Source of the DNA: Toensbergia leucococca
Lineage: Eukaryota
Assembly (NCBI GenBank): GCA_022813965.1
Contig: JALDZS010000053.1
Span: 1-64,000, forward strand
DNA: 64,000 bases
Reading direction: 5' to 3'
Shown: positions 12,001 to 23,323 of the stretch, piece after piece
How the letters are laid out: the number at the start of each line of letters is the position of its first letter
Position numbering within the stretch: the first letter of the stretch is position 1
Position numbers and translations under genes: made by a program
Notes under the pieces: model-generated
The model's input: the letters and a program-made list of their open reading frames with translations, nothing else
Database searches by the model: none
What the model was told of the DNA's origin: nothing

Positions 12001-13004
12001 GGAGCTGCTGACTAGACAGGCAGTATTCGGGGTTGGGGCGGGCCAATAAATGATTTGCACCTCGGTGAATTCCAGATAACATTGTTCGCAGCAATATTGA
12101 TACCCAAGCCCAGGGACTTGGGTCGCTACACGGGATGTCACAACAGCACTGACTTGGCCATTAGGTTCTGTTGTCGTTGCCACGCCATAATTGACGGTTG
12201 TTGTCTGGACTGGTGTAGCAGCTACGTAGGCCGAATAAGCCGCTGTGCAAGCGGGCTGCCTTCCAAAGCTCACGAAGGATGTCAAGGCTGCTGCGAACGA
12301 CGGGTCTAGTGAGACAGAGACGCCTTGTGCCTCATCCTGAAATGCTTGAAGATATGGAGAAGGATCCCAATCTAAGAGTGAGACGGTTTGCGTAAGATTC
12401 CCATACGATGCTATTACAGTAGGATAGATTTGGGTCACGACTGTGGTCTCTGGGCCGACGAGTGTCAAAGTGGGCTCTCCATTTGCAGAATCGTATGTCA
12501 ACGTCTCGCTAGGCACAAGTTCAACGGTAAAGATCGAGGTCGTTATGAAGCTCGTTACTTCGTAGCTTGTAATGTAATTGTTGAAATTTAAAGCAGATAC
12601 CGAACCTGTCGAGGCAGCGGATGAGTGGATGTTGGAGGCATTAATTGCCGTTCCTGAGGCAGATGCAAAAGATTGCGATGGATCCGAAGAGACGGAAGCA
12701 TCAGACGAGGACTCGGATAATGTGGAGAGTTGCGACGGAGTAGTAATGGAGGAAACATAGGCGTTTAAAGCGGCCAGCGGAGTTGAATGATATACTAGTG
12801 AAGTAGAGGATGAAATGTTATACGAAGTTGAATTAGAGATGGTTGCATTCGAAGAGGATGAAATGCTAGTAATGAGCGCCGCACGACCAGCCACTATGCA
12901 TCCGTTAGCTGGAATTGAAAGCTACTTGCGCACAAGTTTTCCTTGCCTGCAAAGAAACAAAGGATGCATGGCAATAAGCTCAAGTCCTTGGATCTTGAAG
13001 CCAT
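9002..13004 (-). CDS. Large secreted, probably GPI-anchored cell-wall/adhesin-like repeat protein (~1,293 aa)
   Basis: Exons 13004-12947, 12893-11855 and 11786-9002 total 3,882 nt. Architecture: signal peptide MASRSKDLSLLPCILCFFAVAGRA, Ser/Thr-rich region, Cys-containing domain (YCCEQC..YWP..C; FTSPSVYVAF..DLCG..TLAFAPGELSTV..FNPADM..PEWASC), Pro/Ser stalk, ~62-aa repeats and a hydrophobic C-terminus. Exon 1 depends on a GC-AG intron. Confidence 0.85.
9240..10965 (-). repeat. Intragenic tandem array: 8 clear plus 1 degenerate ~60-70-aa units
   Basis: The consensus PIxVGGQxVTPVAGSSGAVIxQGQTLTxGQxxTxIxGVPVSIGSGSVxVNGQGAPIPTA can be read from the translation. Confidence 0.9.
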
Positions 13005-14282
13005 GCTTATGGCGGTTGAGGTAACGCAGTACTCCTGAAAAGCCGGCCACAACGGCCATTATCAACAGTCGGCGGCACATGGCGATGTTCTTGACTTTAT
13101 TCAGGTACGTCGGACAGGCTTCAGGGTTCAGGTGAGGAATCATCTCGCATGTAAGATGCAAATTGGTTGAAGAAAGACATTTTCATTGGAGGAAACGGCA
13201 TGATCAAGACGCCGGATTACGGATCTCGTGCTTTAGCTTTCAGCCTCAGCCTCAGCCTATTAAAGATACGGAGTAGGTATCCTAGTAGTTAAGGTACGTA
13301 ATCTTACCCGCTTGCTGTGGACTAAATAGTTGAAGGGGACCAGTCTCATGTTGGACATGTTGGACACTACTCACCTTGATGATATTTCCTGTCGTGTCTT
13401 GATCATGGCCTTATGTACGAATACCATCTGTGGCATTGTGACAAGGTGTCTTTGCTACCTTCTTGGGTCCTCAGCCTGTCGGAGTCGAGGAGTCGGAGGA
13501 AGGCTAATAATAGACCAAGAGTGCTTAGGTAGAAACTTAGCCTGGCACCTGGCACCTGGCTCCTGGATGCCTGTCATGACTGTACCAGAGACTAGAATGC
13601 CTTAAGGGCGGTATCAGCGGTAGGAACACTTTCGGATTACGTATTTTATACCAATAATCTACATAAATTCACATGTGTCCGACAATTATCAAATTCAGCT
13701 GAGCTCTTCATCAAAAGACGTGAGACGTGGAATATCTCCGGCGCAAACAAGGAAAAGGGTTGCAGACCTCGGTTCAGGATTCAATAATTAAAAGTCTATG
13801 CCCACTCTCTCCTCGACTCTACCCTTCTGCTGTAACTATCTATTGATGATCGAATCCATCAAAACACCTCGCATGACGGGTCAGATCATTTACTTTACAT
13901 GCCATGCATCTACTCACCCAGATTTCTACTTGTCCAGTGCTCGAATATATCGAGACCGAACTGTAACGGAACTTAAGCTACTCCGTACGACCCCGAAGCA
14001 GTCGTCAAGCAAAGGTTACATTGATTTGCTTCTCTGAGCACCGCGACCGTATTGGCTGTGGTAGCAAGCCATATGTCAGAAAGCCTGGAAATTCTCACTA
14101 CCTGAAAGACTGTTAGTAGCAAAGCCGTAGGTCAGCCGACATCGAGTCCCCCGTCTATGCACCCTAATATCCGCAGAGGAATCCCGCAGCGCCACCTAGG
14201 CTTTTTTGTTCACTCTCAGAATAGAAAGGAACCCTACCAAATATAAGATAACAAAAGTTCATTCTCGAGAATCCTATCTTCC

Positions 14283-14585
14283 AAGTCTCACTATGATTGA
14301 CGCGCCTGCATTATCACCTGTTTCCAACGCACTTCAATGTGACTACATCAGTGAGAATCAAGGTCGGTGGCTTCAAAATCCCACAATGGTTGATGCGCCT
14401 GCATCGACCTGTGTTCTCAATGCGTTTCAGTTAGAACGAGTCTCTTCGACCTGCCAATGAAAATGGCAGGGCTGTCTCATCTCATCGCATGAATGAAGAG
14501 CTGGTGGCTTCAAAATCCTATGATGCTTGATGTATCTACGTCGATATACGTTTCCAATGCACTCCATTCTGACTGCACAAACGAA
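14283..14585. repeat. Three diverged direct repeats (~75-90 bp) upstream of the small secreted protein gene
   Basis: The copies are anchored at atgattgacgcgcctgcat (14293), atggttgatgcgcctgcat (14386) and atgcttgatgtatctacgt (14523). ggtggcttcaaaatcc precedes copies 2 and 3, and gtttccaaYgcact occurs in copies 1 and 3. Confidence 0.75.
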
Positions 14586-14829
14586 CGTAGGTCATTTGGC
14601 CGTCCCGGAATGAGCTGCTTTGATGCGTGAACCAAGGGACACCGGCAACCCGGTGAACTATAAGAGAGACCACAATGCTTTCAACGATGGGGAGAAGATC
14701 AACGTACAATCAAGCTCAAGTCAAGAATTTCACAGGCCCAAACCAAGCCCTATTCAACTCATTGAAACCCAGCCTCCTCCATTCCAATCCTCTAGCTATT
14801 AAACCCCACAACCCTACCTTAATCCCACC

Positions 14830-15239
14830 ATGAAATCAAACACCGCCATCGCAGTGACTCTCTTCATTCTCGCCACCGCCGCTACAGTCAGAGACTGTAC
14901 CCAAGGCCCGAATTACTGCGGCTACGGCCTCCTCCATATCGGTAACCAGCACCCCCTTCCCATCCAACCCCGTCCCTGAAAGACAAACAAACTCCTAACC
15001 CCCCATACCCTTCACCAGGCGACTACCAATCGCAAATCTACCAAGCCCTCTACGTTGGCGAACAGCCCCTCGTCGACGGCGGTAGAGACGATCTCTTCTA
15101 CTGCGTTGGCGGCTACGGCGGCGTCATCACCTTTGTGGAGAACTGTGGTGGCAAAGCATACTGCAAGGATGGCGGTAACGGACGTAGCGATTTCTGCGGC
15201 GGGCCTCCGGATCCGAGTAGCCAAAACGGGGATGGGTAA
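14830..15239 (+). CDS. Small secreted cysteine-rich protein (110 aa, 6 Cys), effector-like; absent from the ORF track
   Basis: Exons 14830-14941 and 15019-15239, with intron GTAACC..CTAAC..CAG. Protein: MKSNTAIAVTLFILATAATVRDCTQGPNYCGYGLLHIGDYQSQIYQALYVGEQPLVDGGRDDLFYCVGGYGGVITFVENCGGKAYCKDGGNGRSDFCGGPPDPSSQNGDG. Confidence 0.88.
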
Positions 15240-16019
15240 CGTGAGGTTTGTACTGAACGGCACTAGGTAGGCTCTTCGTTTTTCCAATTCTTTCTCTCTA
15301 CTCGTACTTCTAATCAGGAGGGTGTGTGGATTTCCTCTCTCTACATTTCCTCATTTCGAGGTGAGAGGAGGAAATGAAGCAAATACCGTCACGGCCGATT
15401 AAGTTTCATATCCAAGGAAGGGTTGCTTTTGCGTTCAAATATCCCCAAGTCAATTGATTTCGGGGAAGGCCGGGGGGGGCAGGCGTCTACAAAACCACAG
15501 CAGAGATCCGAGCAAAAATTGCCCACTCTCCATACATACCTTCCCCACCTCACACACGCTCCTCCTCAATCCTCTGACAATTCCCGACAGATCACAACCA
15601 CAAACGCCAAATCCATCACTTTCTCTCCCAATCAACCACACCCGCCCCCTCCTCCCCTGTTACCATTCCCCTATCCCAGGCGATACGGATTAACGCTTTC
15701 ATTTAAACCCCACCCCCACCCCTCTCTCTAGCATCAATCCAAGCTCAAATCACATCTCATCTTTCTCAGAACCTCCCTACCTGATTCTGATATCAAGGAG
15801 AACTTATCACTCACCACACCCTCCTCCCTTCCCTTCTCTCTCACCTCTATTTCCCTGTTCTGCCCGCGTGCAAAGTTCAGAGAATGTGTGACTAAACGCC
15901 TGATAAGATAGATACGGGGTTTTTTACCATCTGGTTTTACAAGAAAAGTCCCATCTTGTCTATTTTGTTTGGGGGAAAAGGGGTTTGATTTACCATCTGC
16001 CCTCAACAATCAATCACTC

Positions 16020-16260
16020 TCACTCAATCACTCACCCAAGTAAAAAACCCTCAGATCAAACCCCAACTCCAACCCTGCACCCCAAACCTCCCCGCCCAAA
16101 AAAAACCAAACCCCACAAAGCAAGCCCCCCCCACCCACCCAAACCCCATCAAACCCCACCACAACCCCCACAACCCCACCAACCCCCCACCCCTCCCCCC
16201 TCCCATCCTCACCACAACCCAAAAAACCCCCCCCCCCAGAAAAACCTCCATTCAAGCCCG
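16020..16260. repeat. Low-complexity A/C tract (G/T-rich with many G-runs on the minus strand)
   Basis: The plus strand is almost exclusively C and A runs, e.g. aaaccccaccacaacccccacaaaccccaccaacccccc. Confidence 0.7.
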
Positions 16261-16997
16261 CCTCTCAAAAACCCGCACACAAAAGTTTGTTTTCCCAAAA
16301 AAAAACAGAATCTAGAGCCCAGATCCCCGCACCGCTATGGTGGCGCTGGGACGCTTGCTAGAATGAGAGAAGAGCAGAGGGTGTGATTGAACTTCATTGC
16401 AGTGTCAATCACACCTCTGGTGGGAGGACTGTCAGTTCTGGATTCAAGGCAGCCCCCATGGAAAAAATGATAGAGATAGACCACTCGGATCACTCAGTGA
16501 GCTCACTCAGTCAAACAGACTCAGCTGATCCACTCACTCAAAATATCCTGCAAAACTCCACCCTTCTCCTCAAAAGCCAATCCCAAAAAAAGGAAAATTC
16601 AGGTTTTGTCTTTCCTCTCAGTCAATGGCAAGATTTCAAAAGTGCCACACTCTCAGTCCGGGGTCTTTGAGAAGACAAAAAGGGGGGATGGGACAACTTG
16701 GTCTTCTTTTTTTTTGGATTTGGGGATATGGGGATACGGGGATATGGGGGAGGATTTTGGATGAACTGAGATGTTTTTTTGAGACAGGGGGGAAGAAATA
16801 TTTGTTGGGGGGGGAGGGAAGAGGATGATGGAGATGAGATAGATGTTGTTTGGTGGCTAGAAGGGTGACGATACGGGAAGGAGAACCAACGGAACCCAAG
16901 CCATCGTTGCATAAAAGGGGAGCAATCCATCCCTTTCAGAAAAACGAGGTACAGTCACGTCAAGAAAAACCATACTATCAATTTCCTCTCTACCAAA

Positions 16998-18761
16998 TCA
17001 ATCATTCCCACGCCGAACCTCCCCCTTCGGATCCACCCAAACCAAAACCTCCTCCCACCCCTTCGCCACCGATCCCCCCAAACTAACCACCACGATCCAA
17101 ATCTTCCGGGGCACATAAACGGCCACATAACCCAAAAAAACGCCACAGTAATAGACCAGCAGGCCGATCCCGCCGAACATGGTATTCATAGCCCTGTACG
17201 CCACATCCAGGAACAGCACCAGCCACGCCCCGATTTTCCGCGGCAAAGTGACAAAGATGGCGCGCAAGAGGTCGCGGAAGCCGTTCCACACGTCTCGGAG
17301 GGTTAGGTTGCGGAAGAAGGAGAGGAGGGCGCTGAAGAGGGTGTGGAGCAAGGAGGCGATTTTTTGGGTGAGATCGCGGAGGAAGGTTCCGGCTACTGCA
17401 AAGCCTTGCCATATCCATTTTGAGACAATGGCAATGGTTTTGGGGAGTCTTTCGAGGAACATTTGCTTTAGCCACTTTGGCAACGTCTGGGTGCCAAATT
17501 TCCACGCGGCTTTCCCGAACCGAGTAGCAGCTTTGGGAACCGCTTTCATGACCTCCCATATCCCTGCGAAAAACATCTTAATTCTGATGGGAAGCTGCTG
17601 GACTTGGACCTTGCACCAAGGCCCAAAACTTGTTCGGTTCTTCCAGCACCATGCGCACCCTTTTCGAATAGGTTGGACGATTAGTTTCTTTGGAACAGTC
17701 CATACAAAAAAACGTGGGATACTCCATAGCAGGAATTTGAAGAAGTCATAAATGTTTCTTAGCGCCCTCTCGGTCCTTGCCATCGCCTTTGCATGGTGAT
17801 TCTTCCACCGCCGCCATCCACCACCGCGCCGCGCTGGTAAGTACTCGACGATCTCGCGGTGGCCGTTTTCGGCTGCTAGACGGAGGGCGAGCTGCCCGTC
17901 TGGTGCAATCAGAGAATCGTCGCAATGATAACACTCGATTAATAGCTTGACGAGGGTGAGATTGCCTGTAGATGCGGCCAGCTGTAGAGGCGTTCGCTGA
18001 ATGATAACGTGGCGTCTCAGTGCGGTGTCCCACTTTTTCGACTGGCCAAAAGATTAATATTTTAATTTTATGAGAAAGATAAAGATCTTGGTTACCTCAA
18101 CACCAAAAGCATCAGGTTCTGCCTCAAAGTCGATAAGTTCCTGGACTATTCGAATATTCCCAGCAGCTACAGCAGCCAACAAAGGTGTTCTGCCGTCGCA
18201 GTTCCTCGTGTTTGCCGTCACAAAATTCTTGTCGATAAACAAGGCAATGACATCGTCTTGTTTCTGATCAATGGCACGGAAGAAACTTTTGACAATGTTT
18301 TGTTGAACGATTATTAGCTGATCTTTTGGCTCGTCCCATTTCCATGGAGAAGCGTGTTCAGGATAATTACGAATAGGGGCAGGTCTAGTAATGATTTCGT
18401 CACGAACTTGTGGGTCCAAAGGTCTTCCGCGTTGAGATTCAGTCAGGGTAGAAAGTAGGGCAGCGAGGCCGTCCTGGCCCAGATCGTTTTCAGCATAGTT
18501 AGGGAGATTTTCAGCTGTTCGTTCTCGAGCTCTTCTGGCGTCTAGTATATCAGAAAGTCTGCTTGGCGTCCTATGAAAAGGACTAGGAGATGTTGATAGG
18601 TCTTCTGCTCTACATGCCTGAGTTGCAGACAAGCCATCTTCGGGTTGTGGACCATTACTTTCGTCTGGTTGAGGAGCAGGGACACGGTCTTTCAGAAGAG
18701 GCTCCTCAACTCTGCCTGAGTTACAGACTGGCTCTTCTTTTCCGTCTTCAGACAAAGCCAT
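16998..18761 (-). CDS. Ankyrin-repeat protein with a basic, Trp-rich amphipathic/hydrophobic C-terminal region
   Basis: Intron 18095-18042 joins ORFs 18054-18761 and 16998-17783 through SKKWDTALRRHVIIQRTPLQLAASTGNLTLVKLL..DGQLALRLAAENGHREIVEYLP. The ankyrin motif GRTPLLAAVAAGNIRIVQELI is also present. Confidence 0.85.
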
Positions 18762-19641
18762 GACTGAGACGGGATTTGGAGAGCCAGAGTAATTTCAAGA
18801 TCAAATACACGAGTCTCTTCTCGGACTTACGATTGCAAGTTTAAGAGAGGAACAGCTGGATGATGAGAGAAGCATTGCACCCTCTTTGCAAAAGTCATAG
18901 CCTGCACTATGAACACACTACGCGACATAGCCTGATCAATGAGCTGTTGAAGATGGCTGCAGTAGGCGGCAGCATTCTTCATGTCAGGCGAAACTGATGT
19001 GGCGGAGCAAGGTAACATGAGATACAAGACTCGTGGCGAATCAGCGAGAGAAGATGGAATTAAATGGATCAGCTTCCCTGCCCCGCCATTTCAACATTCG
19101 CGCAGTCATCTTTCATCTCCTGGACTCCTGAAGATCTTCCTCAAGGATAACGATACTGTTTAAAAGTCGTTGCGAGGCATAACACGTTCCTGACGGGCAA
19201 ATGAATTGTTGGTCTGTCGCACCGATTAGAAGAACACGACAGTGAGTATACAGATGATGCTGTCTCACAGCTTTCGGGAACAACTTTTCTGTATTCCCCG
19301 CAAAAGGCACATGGGTGACAGCTCTGGTCGGCAGGAAGCCTACAGCATCTAAATGCAGCGTCTGGTGGCTTCAAGTCAACTACTCGTGTCCACCCCTGGA
19401 TGCAATCTTCCTAATACTCTATCATACTTTTCATGCAAGTACTCCGTAACCACAGCGGAATCTTTCCGCCATTTGTACTCGTATTCTGTCTATTTATCAT
19501 ACAATTTGTCAGGCCTTATCTTATATACAATCACACACCGAATCATGGCCACCAGCCAAGATCGTATAAATATCCTTTGGAATCAATTTCGATTCTTGTC
19601 ACCTCTTGGGATATTTGTGGAACTTTCTCAAGTAGAGCATC

Positions 19642-21397
19642 ATGCCCGCCAGCGACATTGAACTCAACCGCATTAGTAGTCTACATGGAGTCTTACCAAC
19701 CAAAGAAGTAGAGGGGGAAAGGGAGATTTCGTTGGAACCGGCCATGCTCACCGAAGAGGACAGTCCAGATATATCTCGTACCCAGGCATCTTTTATCATT
19801 GTCATTCTCACAGGGGTGAGCTTCCTTAATACCATGGGATCAGGTATCCTCACAATTAGTCTGCCGCGAATTGCTATCGACCTAGCTTTGACCGAGAATC
19901 TATTATTATGGCCAGCCTCAGTCTATGCTCTGGCCGCCGGATGCACTCTCCTCATTTCGGGCTCCGTGGCAGATGTAGTGGGCCCGAAGCGAGTCTGGAT
20001 GACAGGTAGCTGGCTCTATATTGCCTTTACCCTCGCCTGTGGTCTCTCGCAAACAGGCTTGCAACTCATTGTCTTCCGGACCATCTTGGGTATTGCCATC
20101 TCCATGTGTCTTCCGAGCGCTGTGAGCTTGACAACTAGCGCCTTTCCAAGAGGGCCACGTCGAAACATTGGCTTTGCTTGCATGGGCATGGGTCAGCCCT
20201 TGGGATATTCGCTTGGCCTGGTGCTGGGCGGCGTCTTTGCTGACACGATTGGATGGCGGTATGGGTATTATATCAGTGCGATCATCAACGCCTTCCTCGC
20301 CGTAGGAGCAATCTGGGGCCTGCCAGATGCAGCACAGCGGGATGGACCATTAATCTGGAGCCGAATAATTTATGATATCGATTGGATTGGAGCTCTCATT
20401 CTCAGTCTGTCGCTGGGCCTACTTTCATATGTTCTAGCGTCAGTACTTGAAGCTGCAATCCACCTTGACATGCACTGATTTTTAAATTTTAGTATGATCA
20501 CAGCAAGCTACTCCCTTCTCCAGCAAGAGCGCCTCGGGAAGCCGGCAATTATCCCCAACAGCCTTTGGAAGAGCACTTCATTCACTGCAACGTGCATTGC
20601 TGTATTCTTTACTTGGGCCGTCTTCAACTCTTTCCAGTATTTCTCAACTCTCTTGTGAGTCTCTCCCACAATCCCATGGTCCACTCGTACTAGAACTTAC
20701 AGCTTATATCAGTTTTCAGCGAGTAGAAGGCCTCTCAGCTCTTCAAGCTGCCCTCAGATTTCTTCCGATGATTTTCATCGGTGCTGCTACTAATATTGTC
20801 ACTGGTTTTTTGGTCGATAAGGTGAAGGTTCGGACCCTGGTTGTCATTTCGGCTGCAATCAGCCTGATGTCTCCCCTGTTGATGGCACTCATCAATCCAA
20901 ATTGGGTTTATTGGCGAGGAGCGTTCGTCCCTATGCTCCTTTCTCCTCTTCATCCAGACGGTAATCCTCCATAATTTCAAATTTCAAATTTCACATTTCA
21001 CATTTCCAACCTGCACTTATACTCCTGTGTCCCTCACCCTCGACAACAGCTCAACTCTCTTCTTCCTCCAACAACTGAATATCCTCAAGTTCTCTTTACA
21101 GTCTCCAACCTCATCATCTCCTCAGCCTACCCAGGCCGCGCTCAGGCCCTCGCCGGCGGCGTGTTCAACACCGTCTCCCAAATAGGGAATTCAGTCGGTT
21201 TGGCCGTCACAGCCGCCATAGCAGCCTCGGTCACTGCTCACAGCACGCCCAAAGGTGGCCATGCAAGCAGTCCTGCCAACTTGATCGTGGGATACCGCGC
21301 TGCGTTCTGGACCATGTTTGCAAGCATGGGGATTGTGTGTGGGGTTTGTGCTTGGGGGCTGAGGAAAGAGGGTAAGGTTGGGGGAAAGAAAGAGTGA
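19642..21397 (+). CDS. MFS drug:H+ antiporter-like transporter (14-TMS/DHA2 type), possibly defective (apparent helix deletion)
   Basis: Exons 19642-20438, 20493-20654, 20713-20960 and 21090-21397. MFS motif A GSVADVVGPKR; also FRTILGIAISMCLPSA and GWRYGYY. Confidence 0.85.
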
Positions 21398-22048
21398 TGA
21401 TTTTGAGAACACTGGCTTTTGTCTTGTAATTTCGGTTGTTATTTAATGGATCCGTGCTGGCGAACAGGTTTTGTGAGACATCCGTTGAGTATTTGTCAAG
21501 TGAGAGCAGGGAGAAAAGCACACGGCTTGGTATAAAGTCGTTCTAGCTCACATTAAGGAAATCTGATAAAACTGACAGCGAGATGATGAAAGTGAAATAA
21601 TTAACTTGTTGGTTAGAGCTTAGTCTTTCGTTTTTCGGTCAAAATCGTGCGTACCTGGTCAACGAATGGCAGTCTTACTGTGACTGATGAAATTGTAAAA
21701 ATTACTGATTACTGTAGTCTCTTGTTTGTTGAGCTAATAATGAAAAGATCAGGCAAGAAGGAAGACGCATGATAGGGATTGGAAATGAGATCTCGTGAAA
21801 CATTCTCATGACTCGCAGAGTCGTCGGCATGCGTCACCTGGCGATAGAATACCTCGAGTGGGCGTCAGGACGCTAACCTAATTCGGCACTCTCGAGCCTA
21901 AGGTAATTCTCAACAATACCACTCATCCATCACAACCACCAAGCAATCCACATCATCCAAACCGGTCCCTCACCACGAAAACCGAATGTCTCGATAACGA
22001 CGCCCTCCCACCTCACCAAAAAAAAAAACAACAACAACAAAAAAAGAA

Positions 22049-23323
22049 ATGCACGACCCATTCCCCCTCCCCGCCCCCCCTCTCCTCCAAACCCTCACAA
22101 CCCCCCTGTCCCACCTCCTCCACCTGCACTCCCTCCCCCTCCACATCCACGAAATCCTCCTCGGAGCCCTCTCCTACCACATAATCCACAAACTCCTCTC
22201 CCCCCACCTCTCAACCTACCTCTTCCCCAAAACCTACCCCAACCTCCCGCCCCGCACCCGCCTGAGCTGGGACGTCCACGTCGTCTCCCTCTGCCAATGC
22301 CTCTTCATCAACGCGCTCGCGCTGTGGGTCATGTGGCATGATCGGGAGCGGGCGGTCATGGAGTGGCGCGAGAGGGTGTGGGGGTATACCGGGGCCGGGG
22401 GCATGATTCAGGGGTTTGCGGCCGGGTATTTTTTGTGGGATTTGCAGATTTGCGCGCAGAATGTGGATGTGTTTGGGTGGGGGCTGTTGGCGCATGCGGT
22501 GGTGTCGCTGGCGGCGTTTTCGCTGGGGTTTGTAGGTCTTTTTCTCTCTTTCTTACATCTTGGTGTCTTGTTCTCTGTTGCTTCTTACCTCTGGGTGTTC
22601 TTACGCGCCTCTTTGGGCGCTCTGTGCGTCTGTCCGCCGGAAGAGGAGAGACGTCATATGATTCCTCTCCACTATCACGAAACACTCTATCACCAGCCCT
22701 TCCCCCCCCTTCCAAAAACAAGAACCAAAACACCCCCGCTAACCCACCCCCAGCGCCCCTTCGTCACCTTCTACGCCCCAACCTTCATCCTCTTCGAACT
22801 CTCCACCCCCTTCCTAAACATCCACTGGTTCTGCGACAAGCTCTCCCTCACCGGCTCCCCAACCCAATGGTACAACGGCATCCTCCTCATCGCCACCTTC
22901 TTCAGCTGCCGCCTGCTGTGGGGCACCTACCAATCCATCCGCGTCTACCAAGACGTCTGGGCCGCGCTGCAGTCGCCCATGACGTCCGAGATGATTGCGG
23001 AGGCGAGGGAGCGGTGGGTGGGGGATGAGGAGGTGATGCGGTTTGCGGGGGGCGGCGGGGTGCCGATTTGGCTGGCGGTTGTGTATCTGGCGGCGAATGT
23101 CACGTTGAATGGGTTGAATTTTTATTGGTTTGGGAAGATGGTGGAGACGGTTCGGAGTCGGTTTCGGCCGCCGGTGGAGGGGGGGAATGGGGTGGTGGGT
23201 GGGGATGCGGAGGTGAAGGAGAAGGATGGCTTGGGGGAGAAGGGTGGGCTGGAGGAGAAGGGTGGGCTGGAGGAGAAGGGTGGGCTGGAGGAGAAGAAAG
23301 AGGTGAGGAGAAGAAGGGGCTAG
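22049..23323 (+). CDS. TLC-domain (TRAM/LAG1/CLN8; TMEM56/Tda4-like) membrane protein
   Basis: Motifs WDVHVVSL, AAGYFLWDL, LLAHAV, FILFELSTPFLNIHW and LNGLNFYWFGKM. Intron 22532-22753 restores SLGF-RPF. Confidence 0.88.
   Translation: MHDPFPLPAPPLLQTLTTPLSHLLHLHSLPLHIHEILLGALSYHIIHKLLSPHLSTYLFPKTYPNLPPRTRLSWDVHVVSLCQCLFINALALWVMWHDRERAVMEWRERVWGYTGAGGMIQGFAAGYFLWDLQICAQNVDVFGWGLLAHAVVSLAAFSLGFVGLFLSFLHLGVLFSVASYLWVFLRASLGALCVCPPEEERRHMIPLHYHETLYHQPFPPLPKTRTKTPPLTHPQRPFVTFYAPTFILFELSTPFLNIHWFCDKLSLTGSPTQWYNGILLIATFFSCRLLWGTYQSIRVYQDVWAALQSPMTSEMIAEARERWVGDEEVMRFAGGGGVPIWLAVVYLAANVTLNGLNFYWFGKMVETVRSRFRPPVEGGNGVVGGDAEVKEKDGLGEKGGLEEKGGLEEKGGLEEKKEVRRRRG
23225..23296 (+). repeat. Coding 18-bp minisatellite (ggtgggctggaggagaag)x3 plus one degenerate copy, encoding GGLEEK
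   Basis: Three perfect copies lie at 23243-23296. Confidence 0.9.

Noticed and set aside
13541..13566. Short cctggca tandem repeat (also a cagcct repeat near 13240)
   Set aside because: Simple microsatellite-scale repeats with no spacers, so not CRISPR-like. CRISPR is not expected in a fungal nuclear sequence.
15985..16386. 133-aa Pro/Lys/His-rich ORF and its antisense Gly-rich ORFs
   Set aside because: These are by-products of the low-complexity A/C tract, and the ORF lacks an ATG start.
21583..21690. ATGATGA ... CTGA resembling a box C/D snoRNA
   Set aside because: There is no terminal stem and no rRNA-complementary guide I can recognise. Such motifs are common in AT-rich DNA.
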